This document shows, one piece after another, positions 38,277-49,224 of a DNA stretch of 64,000 nucleotides. Numbering within the stretch: position 1 is the stretch's first letter; every line of letters starts with the position of its first letter. The notes under the pieces are model-generated. The model had not been told where the DNA came from. It saw only the letters and a program-made list of their open reading frames with translations, and did no database searches. Source of the DNA: Leptogorgia sarmentosa (Eukaryota); NCBI GenBank assembly GCA_964658305.1, contig OZ210885.1:5518001-5582000 (forward strand), given 5' to 3'. Both the position numbers and the translations under genes were made by a program.

Positions 38277-39466
38277 TGATAAGAGTTGCCCTTCTATTTA
38301 TTTTCTAGTCAATGTTTTTCTGCCATATGCAGCATAAAGATATGTCGTGGAAAACAGTCTTTATGCTGGAAATTATCATTAATGAACAATACCTCTCTCT
38401 GCAGATTCCTTTTCCTGTTCCCATTTCTCTTCCAAACGTTCAGTGAGTTTACAACTCTGATCTTTGTCTCTCACAGGATGGAGGTCGTCTTGTTGTAGAG
38501 GACGTCGCCATCCTTTCCACAGCAGTGGAATGATCCACAACAAGAAAACTCTTGATATAAAATTTGCCGCCTCTTCTGGGTGCCGTGGTGGAGTTGCGGG
38601 TTTCATATTGACTTGCTCTTTCAAACCAGGTCGAAGTCTTCCCAGCTTTTATCACACTGTTGATTGAATAAAAGGTGAATGTGAATTCCAGGTAGAAACG
38701 TTAAACTGACATATATAGGAAATTCAAGATTGGTGTAAATGTGCTTAAGTTTACATACAGCTGTTTGTCTGGCCGATTTAGTCGATTGTAATTAAGATAT
38801 CAAGTGTGCTCGCGCATCACAATTCCCCATGGATTTCTCTCGCGATTGAACGAAATTCTTTCCTTCTATACCTGTTACAACTATTGAAATTAGGCCTAAC
38901 CTGGGACCTTAGCCCTAAGTCCCCTTAACTCGCTTTAATCGCTCTCATATTCGTTCTGCTTTGCTCATAATGGCACAAAAAACATGTCAACAGCTGAGAC
39001 CCTGATCTTTATGACCATGGAAAAATCACGTTTTTACACCCAGTAATTAACGCACAATGGCATGCCAAAGTTGGATTACCATTTTTTGAGTAGTCACCTA
39101 TAAGTGACCTTATGAAGGCCGATACAGTGTATATCATGTTTCTTCATCTGCATCTCCTCTACATTATATTTTGCGAAATGTAATAAATTCATTCATTTCT
39201 GATGATGATAACGCCGAATAACAATGTTCGAAAATGTTTACAGTTGCTGCGTATTTTACAGTACAAAGTCATCTCGAATTAACATTAAATATTGCTACAA
39301 AGACTGGAAGAGTGATTAAATTTTGCAGCGACTGTCTGGTTTGGGTCAATCATATTGCATGTCAGACAAAAATAACTTTAATATACACAGTACCTCGACA
39401 GAATCTGTTCAGATCATGTTAATTTCGTGAGGCTTTGGACAACACAATTTTGAATAGAACACTGAG

Positions 39467-39873
39467 GAGGATGGTAAAGGGTATTTTCGTGAGCCGTGAA
39501 TGGCCAATAATTGCTGTCGTGAAATGTGAAATGACTACTGAAATTTTGCGACGTGAAACGTGATTTGAATTCCCGCCGTGAGCCGTGACTGTCGATAAAA
39601 ACGCTCCGTGAAACGAGAATCAAGCTGTCTTCGTCGTGAATTGTGACTTTGTCTACCTTAGTTTGTCTATCTTGATTTAACATCTGGCAGTGCGATGCTT
39701 TGAATGTAACATTTCGCATAGTCTAGCCTTATCGATGTGCTAACAGATAGACGAATGTATAAACGTGTTATTATTTCATTATTGGAAATCCTATTTCGAT
39801 TCAAAGCACGTGAATCATGAAATGGCTGGTTTTTCTCGGTGAAACGTGATTTATACCCCCCTTTACCAACCTC
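39467..39873. mobile_element. MITE-like element with internal CGTGA repeats
   Basis: TIRs gaggatggtaaaggggtat / ataccccctttaccaacctc; many cgtga motifs; no TSD seen. Confidence 0.55.
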
Positions 39874-40913
39874 AATGGACACATACGGTCATACGGAGTC
39901 ATGGCATGGCCGCACTAGTCTACTAGCCCATTCGCCTGTATATACCCGGCGTATACAGTTTAACATATTACACAACTGAAATAAAATAAATTGCGCACGA
40001 AATGCGACCGCAAAAAACAACTTACTTTTGTTGGTCCACAAAAGAATCAGTGCATTGGTGAACCGGAGTGAATAGGATAGATCATTTAGCATTAGTGCTG
40101 TATTTAGCGCCCTCGCTCTATTTGTGTTCAAGTAATGTTGATATTCGATATACCCAACCGATCAGCACATTTTACGTCGGCTAATGACCGGCAAAATGTC
40201 GGCGTTTGCATAAATAACGCGCGCAATTTGTGAGACTGGATACAGGATAATTTTTAATGGAAAAAAGTCATGACCAAAATGTTATTAAATTTAGCCATAT
40301 TTACCACAATACATCTTGATTAATCTTTCCTATGTATATAGCAAACTACATAATAATATAGCGACTTGACCAACAACAAAAATATTCTGGCAAAGTTAAA
40401 ATTATGAGAGCCACAGGCGAGTCGAATGTATGGTCTATTGCGTTCGCATCATTAAGACCACTTACCTGCGTCATTGACTTTGCTTCGCCTGCACACCACC
40501 GCACCTCTTGATTACTGTAAATGCTCGTTTTAAAAAAGCCCAATTATAGTGGGCCATGGGGACATCAAGGGATAATAGAGAGCTTAAGCAAGCGACATTT
40601 TGACGACACGACCGTCACGCGGACATGAATTATCCAATGATTCCATTGACACTATATATATCGTGTGAACAGTTTTTAACTTAGTAGGTTTTTGAACAAT
40701 AAAAGTTTTGGGCTGAACCTTTAGGCGAAAATTATTAAATATAAGAGCGCCGCTAAAAATACAATTAGTTATATATACAACTGTCTCATGCCATTTAACA
40801 AATTAATCGTATCTGGTTTTATGCGCAATATTAAACTAAGCATGAAAACTCTGCCGGTGAAATTTGGCTTTGAGAGGTAAGTTAACACTACAATTGTCTC
40901 GAATAGTTTTATG

Positions 40914-41255
40914 CCCGTTCCACACGTATCCGGATATTTTTAAAAACGGAGGTCTCTTTTCTCTCCGTTTTCGACGTTTTTCCGAAAACGGAGTTTGGAA
41001 AAACGCTCTCCAGTGTGTAGGTTTTCGAAAACGCCGTTTTCATGTTTACGTGTGGACACGTGTCGAAAACGATGACGTAAAATCAGGCCTGCGATCGTTT
41101 TGAACATCTCATATTACAGAGCAATGCGCATGCTCTACACCGAGCGCTATCAAATTTCCTCGGGGAAAAACGATTCGAATACGCTACGTGTGGACGCGAA
41201 TCTTTTCATAAAAAGAGAGAAAAAACTCCGTTTTCAAAACTATCCGGACACGTGT
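40914..41255. mobile_element. MITE with ~35-bp TIRs
   Basis: cacacgtatccggatatttttaaaaacggag versus ctccgttttcaaaactatccggacacgtgtg. Confidence 0.6.
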
Positions 41256-42235
41256 GCTCGAGACAATCCAGTCAAGATGCCCATATTTAGTCAATGTCGG
41301 CGTGCGCTCGGAAAACACCGATAAATGTTCAAAAATATTTAAGGTGGTCGTATACAAAGTTTTCAAATTTTCAAAATTAACGGCATTATTATCTTTGAAC
41401 AAACCTTCATCTTTTCCAAAATGTTTTATTGTAATATTGGTGCATAATAACGATTTATTCACATTTTTCGTGGTCCTTTGGTCGTGTCCGCGCGAAATAG
41501 TACTGGTGACTAGTTGCCATTCTCGAATCTCGCTTCCAAAGCCAAGATGGCGGTTGAAAAGGTGTTCGTTTTGTGCGTGAAGCAAGTCTAGCGTGCACGA
41601 ACCTCTAAACCGCCAAGATTTAACCTCGATCAGTTGTGTGAGGACATCATAGAGTCTAAGATCACGATCCCTGTCACGCAAAGAATCGTCGTGATATAAT
41701 GCCACGTAAGAGTGCGAAAATTGGTCGTACTTGTGTGGTTTGGGAGGCTGATTGTTAAATCGTCTTGAAGCATTAAAAATATTTGAAATTTTACTTCAGA
41801 CATGTAAGTAGGCTCTGGCGTTCGGATATTTTTGGCAGACGTAGTGTTTGGCAGACGTAATGTTCAACGTTTGTCAGAACTATCACTAACGGCGCGAAAG
41901 AACAAAGAATTATTTTTTTCGGTGGCTAAAGTTTTCGCCAGCTAGCGGCGGCGAAATTCGTGAGTGGAAAACGGGCTTTATCGGGTCTTGTATAACTTGA
42001 CGTTTTTAAAGCAAGGCTCGGAGCCCTTCTTCTTCTCTTCTCTCTCTCTATCTGGGTTTAAAGAATTGTGCTCCTGCTTATGATATATAGCTTGGAGAGG
42101 AACAGTTTTTTCATTCATTATCATTTCCTTCGGGAGGAATTTGCATTTCTTGTGGTAACTTCTCCCATGTTTTACGCACTTGCGGTAATCTAGATTTTGC
42201 TTGCTCATGCATGGCTCAACTAAAAGGCATCCCAT

Positions 42236-42706
42236 CGAAAGGGTTCAGAGGCGTGCTCTCCGAATTCTTTACTCAGAAAACCATTATGATGAAGCTTTGG
42301 CATTGTCCGGATGTTCCCTTTTGAGCGAACGCCGTCTTCTGCTTTGCAAAAAGTCTTTCAAAAAGATATGCCAGCCAACATCACGTTTGAACAAACTTGT
42401 TCCAGAAAGAAGAGCAAATCTACATGGTTACGAACTACGTAATAATCAATCACTTACTGTGCCAAGATGTAGAACTGAACGATTTAAACGTAGTTTTATC
42501 CCTACGATGTGTTTTACTAATAACCTATAATGATTTTTATTCACTTTCTTAACCTTCTCATTCTCATGTTAATAACATTTTTTAAACATAAAAACCATTA
42601 TGTAAATATTAGAGTAGCTCCTTTTCCTAACCTTGTTGTAAGAATGTCGCAATTCGCCCTTTTGGCGCCTAAGATATTTTAATAAAATGATATGATATGA
42701 TATGAT
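42236..42706 (+). mobile_element. 5'-truncated non-LTR retrotransposon (L2/CR1-group 3' end)
   Basis: ORF2-like C-terminus IERVQRRALRI..LSERR..YELRN..PRCRTERFKRSFIP, then 3' UTR, AATAAA and a (TGATA)n tail; flanked by ATCCCAT at 42229-42235 and 42707-42713. Confidence 0.8.
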
Positions 42707-43007
42707 ATCCCATGCGTGAGGGTAAATAGTGTAAACATAATAAGAGTTATAACAAGGATATATAATAAGTATTTTATGGTATATAATGATAATATATAAT
42801 ATAATATGAATTAAATCTATAAACTATACATGACAATAGCTATCATGTAACACTGCCTTTGTAATATTCATAGGCCATGAATATTCTTAATCGCAAAACG
42901 AGCGGATGATATCTTGCCAAGCAAATTGCCTGAAATATTCGCAAACCTTATGCATTGTTTTGATCTGTAAAGATGAAACAAACAGTTTTTAACAAACCCA
43001 TTAGAGA

Positions 43008-43130
43008 AGATTGCACTGTGATAACACTAAATTGCACTGTGATTACAGAAAATTGCACTGTGATAACACAAAATTGCACTGTGATTACACAAAATTGCAC
43101 TGTGATTACACAAAATTGCACTGTGATTTG
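43008..43130. repeat. Minisatellite, ~21-bp unit AAATTGCACTGTGATTACACA x ~6
   Basis: Read directly. Confidence 0.9.
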
Positions 43131-43328
43131 GGATTAACTGCACTGAAATGAACCAATCACAGTCGGGTAACACTTTTATGTATATAATTATACATCAAAT
43201 CATATAGAGGGCAAAATCACTGAAATTTGATTGGGTATAATGAGAAGGGATTTTTTTCTTAATTCAAGGGGGCAAAATTACTTGGCCCTGATTGGTGAAA
43301 TTTCTCGACATTCGTCTCGGTGAATATT

Positions 43329-43475
43329 TATCATTTATATACCCGGAGCGAGGGTGATTCGACGAAATATTACCCGAAGATCATGGTATTTCCCGAGGAC
43401 GAAGTCCGAGGGAAATACCATGATCTTCGGGTAATATTTCGTCGAATCACCCGAGCGGAGGGTATATAAATGATA
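43329..43475 (+). repeat. Near-perfect 147-bp hairpin element
   Basis: Arms gtgattcgacgaaatattacccgaagatcatggtatttcc / ggaaataccatgatcttcgggtaatatttcgtcgaatcac around CGAGgacGAAgtcCGAG. Confidence 0.9.
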
Positions 43476-44399
43476 TATTATACCGAAAATAGAAATGAAC
43501 GAGCCAAGAATACATCAATACGCGCTCGTAATATCGATATCTACAGCTTCCGCCATGTTTGAATTGTTTCTGTGTTAATGAGATGCGTGGTTGTCATGCC
43601 AACGTGAGATATATTCTGTATCTCACTTTTAAAGTGAGATACAGAATATATCTCATTTTCTAAGCGAAATACCTGGAAAAAGCACCCCATCACGTGATAG
43701 AAATACGGTATTTTGATTGGACAATTTGAATTTGAGGTATAATATTCACCGATAATCACCTCGAATCGGTAAATAATTGTTAACTAATAAGCATTACAAA
43801 AGATGTCCAGTAACGTATGAGCACACTGTAGGTAAACTCGAAAATTAAACTGACCTTTTTATAAACATTCTGATAATAAAGTGTTCAGAGGTATATTTAT
43901 TGAATCACGCCCAAATTAGATTCAGGCTAATTGTGTCATGTTGAATCATGGTCGGATTTAGGGGTAGGCCAAAGGGCCCCGGGCCCCAGGCCCCAGGCCT
44001 CCCACCAAAAGAGTGGCCCCCACCAACTGGGTTGATTTTTAAAGTTATAAAGAAATTCTGTGAAATTTTCGTACATGCAACTAGAACAGTGGCGTAGAAA
44101 CCATGGGGCCAAATATCTTTCGCCCCCCATAATGGTTATTTCACTTTCTCCTTATTGCGGCAAAATCAGTATTCAATACAACAGAACAAGTATTTCACAT
44201 CTAATATCTATTAATCAACGAAAGAGGTATATGTATGACACTTCGAAAATGCTATTTCAGACCATCTAGAGATCTCAAGATGCCCTCCTCCCCCAATTTA
44301 ATTCAAGCAGCAAAGTAGGATATGAAAATTGGTAAATCACAGTATTACTGCATCTATACTACCAACAATAATTCATCAAGTTAAGATTTTAAATGCATG

Positions 44400-47300
44400 T
44401 TAGAACCCAGAGGGCCTGAGTTTCATTTCGGTTTTCTTCAAGGAATATTTGTGTCCCTTCCACGTCATCCAGTTCACGCCATCAGCGAGCGACGTGTGCG
44501 TGCCAAGGTGATAAAAGCCATTCAAATTTGACGCGTGGCATTTGTTATACCACCAGGCTCCTTTGAACTTCACGGCGCAATTTCTTTCGTTATTCATATC
44601 GTTATCCACATCTCGTGTAGTGAAGGCCATGTCACGTTGGTATCCAAAAGAGTCGCCAGCCGTTCCTGAAAATTGAAAAAGGAGGTTGTAACTAAAACAA
44701 TAAAAATTAATACCCTCTTAACATCCTCAGTAAAGCCACAATCAGAGATTAAATGCCATAAAATGTTTTGTTTAATGTCTAGTTTCTATATAGCAATTCC
44801 CAGTAGCTACTTGTTTCGGAACGAACATTAACATAATATAGTGACTGTAACGACAGGGCGAAATTTCGATACACAGGTCATTCTATTTATAAAATATTGA
44901 ATAAAAGAGTTATAAATGGAAGTATGAATACCGAATGGTTTTCCGTGCAGGATTGCGTCATCCATGCACGCGGGATGTGTCGAGAGTTTCAGAAAACGTA
45001 AAAATCACGAGCCGCAGGCAAGTCACTTCAAGCTTTCGGAAACTCAAGCCACATCCCAAGTGACGAAGTGAATCGATGACACAATCCTGTATTTATTATA
45101 TAAATGAGTTTTTTCATCGAAAAATCCGTATTGGAACTGTTACTAATTTACATCCATCGAAAAGAGAAACTCGCACTAGAAATCGAAGCAAAAGTTGCAA
45201 TGAGAGATGGGGCTTTTGGCTTTACTGTTGGCAGTGGAGTCTTCACTAGAAATCTATCATGGAGCTCACAGTGTCAATCATTGTCTCGTATTTGAAACTG
45301 TGTTATCATGATTCAAGAAGAATACCTGAATATATGCCCAAACTCAATTTATATTTGGCATCTTCTGAAGCGATGGCAAAGCTGCTGTATTCAGCGTACT
45401 TTGTGTTTCCTGTTGTGTCCCACAAGTCAAATCGAATAACTTTTCCACTGACATTTGTTAGTCGGTTGATTTTGTCCAGACCAAGCCAATATTCGCCTGT
45501 GGGATCACCAAAACCATTTTTGTAATCTGTCCAGTTGCGGTAGAAATCTACACTACCATCAACACGTCTTTGAATGATCGTCCAACCTCCTCCTGATGTC
45601 GTCATATCGCATCTTACTCGAAATGCCCCTTTGCCGTCTGGATCAATTGAATAAATACCATTTGTTGTGTGACCTTTCTTATAAAGTTCAGCGCAATTCT
45701 TTCCTGAAATAGAAAAGACGTTTCAATTCATGCTCAATTCAATCGTTGACCCGGTTTACCGATCGAATTTGTTTTCATTCCAGTAATACCATTGTATAAT
45801 TCGAGAGAATTGTGATAAGAGGCGTAGCGTCAAAGGGCTGCGAGGTGTGCTACAACCTCACACTTCTGGCAAATATACTTGTAGACTTGCTTACAACTGT
45901 AAACATATGGGACCCTTTGAAGTAGTTTCCTATTTGGGGCAACATTATTATTGTTCAGGTACTTCAGACTTGTTTTCCCCTTCGGTTACAATGTTGAACG
46001 TTGAGAAAGTAAAAAAAAATATCGCTTTAATCATACCTGTAGCGATGGATCCCACCATTTTACTTGTCATAAATTGAGTCTGGATTGCGGTTGAATAAAT
46101 TTCAGAATTGATCTTTGATGGTGCAACAGCTGACGGCTGAATAACAATTGATGTCTTCACTGTACTGAACTCTATATCTTCCGCAAATGACGTCATACCA
46201 GTAACCATGTTGTAGCTAGGAGTGACCGATGATGTTTTCACTCCATTACCTTTCCCACTACTGGAATAACTTGTGTATGTTCCTCCTCCAACATCATTGA
46301 TGTTTGAAGTGGAGTTTTCCATGCCCGTTGTCACGCTAGCTTTATTTTTAAGTGTGCTTGTTGCTTGATCTGCACCGGTGCTGTTCAAACTCAGAACTGA
46401 AGTATTCGAAGCATTCACTAAGATTGAAAGAAAATTAAATTGACGCTTTTTTCCACACTCCCAAATTGTAACTTGTTTTTTCAGAAACATCATCGTGCTA
46501 TATTAAAAATTCAATTTTTATAAAGACATTCAATCTTCTTTTTCAACAGGAAATGTATATGGGTAAAATAGTGAGTAAATTATTGTCTTTGTTAAAGGAA
46601 GAAAGATAGTTTAATGAAAAGGGTTCATTCCAGGGATGTTCCAAGGCTTTCAGACCGGGGGGGGGGGGGGATATCCGAAATTTCCTATTCGAAGATTATA
46701 AATGTGCGAATATTTTCTCAGCACAGAATTCTGTCATAAAATCACTCTTTAAACAGATCATCTTTTAGAGACAAAATAAGGAAAACCACTAAAAAACTTA
46801 GGCCAGTTTCGCATTTAATTTGAGTCGAGATCACTTAACCCTAGTTTACCCTAAAACGCCGTATGACGCAAAAACAGACACACGCGTTGTGTCCATCTTG
46901 CCCTGAAGGATATACTGCCCATACTGTGACTGTAAGAACGTCCTGGACGAATTAAATTTATTTTCTAAGAAGCTCCATTTGGTCGATTAAAAATTGACCG
47001 TAAATATTTAAACAAGAACATAAAACTGGCTATTTGGATACTGATCATAGTGTAGCTTTGAAATATTGGACGTAACAAATGGAAATTAATTAAGTGGAAA
47101 TGGAAATTACGTGCCCTGAGTTACCTGTGCTACTGTATATGTAATTAGCTAAAGATTGCTAAAGAAATCAAGAGCCAAATACTGTGAAGCAAAATGTAAT
47201 CACTAATACCTTTTATACTGCCATTTGAGACCTTCGTAAAGCAGCTGTCATTGTACTCCTATATAATATAGAAATCGATAATTTATGCATGGATAGTCTT

Positions 47301-49224
47301 ATCTTTTGTGGTAATCAAATTACAAAGAACTGTTTTTAAAAATGCTGTTTCACCTAAGCGGGACGACATTGTTCAGGAAAATTGAGATATCAAGTCTGCA
47401 ATTTTGCAAGGACGGTCGTTATAATTCCCTTATAGATTAATAATTAGATTATTTTATAAAGGATACGTAATTATACATAATTTCAATTGATATATTTCTC
47501 TACATTTCTGTTGACTCAGGAAACAAACAAATTTTTCTTCCAATGCTTTTAAATTCGTACTACGCAAAACAGGGACCGCGGAAGATGTTTTCGATCAAGG
47601 GCGTCAATCCGTTCCAAAAAGTGGGGGGGACCATAAGCGTACGGGCTACATTTTTTCGGGGGGAAGGGCAGAAAGATCTTTACCCGAATTTGAGGGTAGC
47701 GAATGTCATGAGGCGCCACCATGGTTGGCGCCGAGCGAGAAATTTTTGAACTTTTACAACCTCTGGATTGCCGGAAACGGCGATTTCGGAGTCCTAACTC
47801 CACTTTCTTGCTACGCTCTCTGGGGGCATGCTTCCCCGAAACATTTTGAAATTTGAAACCTCATGCACAAATACCATTTTCAGCGTTCTGGGGACGAGTT
47901 TTACTAACATAATTCCGTCATTCAGTTTTCTTCTGATCTCAGATTGTTGATTGTACTTCACAATTCACGATGTATAGCATACAGGCATGGGGTTTTAAGA
48001 TTACCAAAAAACATTTTTTTTAAACATGATAAAAAGTGGGGGGGATAATTAGATATTCGTCCCCCCCACTTCAAAAAGTGGGGGGGACGCGTCCCCCCAT
48101 CCCCCCCAGGATTGACGCCCTTGTTTTCGATGTTTTCGTGTGGCGGAAAGTCTAAATGAACCGACACCCCCCTCTACCAACCCGCCTTCAAGGGAGAATA
48201 ATGAAATGTAGTCTTTCGTCTTGCTCAATACCTCTCCTTACTACTAATATAAGTCAGAAATTTTGTGAAGACGAAAAACATGTGTTGCCCCCACAAGTTT
48301 TTTTTTGTGGGGGCGACCGCCCCCACTGCCACAACCGTTCCCCCGCTTCTGGTGCGAAAAGATGCGAATACTGACTATTTTGCTCAATCGTGTCATCTCG
48401 TATTGCTCATCACAACTGGTTAACTAACTATAATATATTTTAAAAAATGCTAGACATGTCACTTGAAGCTTGTAAATAGTTTTTACCTTTTGGGGATTAT
48501 TGAGATAAACATGGTTATAAGAACAATTTGCTTCCAAGTGTTTTTGGGAAACATTGTATACCATGTTATGCAACATTTCGCAATTTGATTCATTCTGTGA
48601 GATGGATGTCTTTTTATAATTGATTGATCGACAGCAAGGCTCTTTGACACATTCCACCACACAGGCAAGCCAATCAGAAACCACTTTCCTCATCACAATT
48701 GACACATTCAGTCTGTAACCTAGTAAATTTGGCATGTTTTTTAAAACATGATTACTATATTATGATTTAAATTATTTATAAAAAAGCCTTTTGAAAACAT
48801 AGGCGTTGATTGGTCGGAACAAGGCGCTATAAAACAAAAGTGGGGAAAAGGCTACAGCGAATGCAGCATTTTGAAAACAAACATGGCGGGAAAATCTGGG
48901 ATGTCTTTTTTGTTTTCGACACCGCAAAAAAATTGAAAGCTCGAAAAAGCAGGGTTTCTAGCTGAGTAGAAAAACGGTATTCTTCGCGCGGTTTGCCTGG
49001 CGAAGTGTTTATACTAAAACGAAGTGTGAGTATTTCTACCTAATTTCGAGAACATGATTGCATTTCGTGGACAAATATTTTGAGATTTTTATACATTACT
49101 TACCCTCGAGACTCGAATTGAAACAAAAACTTGCAATTTGTTTTGTTTTTTCTTCTTCAGCGACAATTACAGCTCTTAATGCAGATGCAATGAAAAAGAT
49201 CAACAAGTGAAACTTTATATGCAT
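44400..49224 (-). CDS. Secreted PAN + Ser/Thr-rich (mucin-like) linker + FReD protein (FReD-B)
   Basis: Exons 49104-49224 (signal MHIKFHLLIFFIASALRAVIVA), 48487-48719 (PAN), 47210-47258, 46037-46417 (S/T-rich), 45326-45703 and 44400-44665; phases consistent. Confidence 0.88.
47596..48123. mobile_element. hAT-type MITE (528 bp) in a FReD-B intron
   Basis: 15-bp TIR CAAGGGCGTCAATCC; perfect 8-bp TSD TTTTCGAT; absent from the paralogous site near 61030. Confidence 0.9.

Larger units (their letters stand above)
23164..38606 (-). pseudogene. ABCC4/MRP4-like ABC transporter, disrupted in NBD1 by transposon copy 2
   Basis: Exons 38393-38606 (HPEEAANFISRVFLLWIIPLLWKGWRRPL, lasso motif), 36394-36719, 35908-36281, 34721-35518 + 28159-28229 (split exon: GPVGSGKSS..SGGQRT // EADIYLLDDPLS), 27279-27649, 26286-26461, 25413-25810 (NPVGRILNRLSQD), 24385-24530 and 23164-24074 (GRTGAGKSS, FSLGERQL, IIIFDEATG). 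No other lesions seen. Confidence 0.88.

Noticed and set aside
41184..41705. 173-aa ORF
   Set aside because: No recognisable domain; overlaps MITE-derived sequence.
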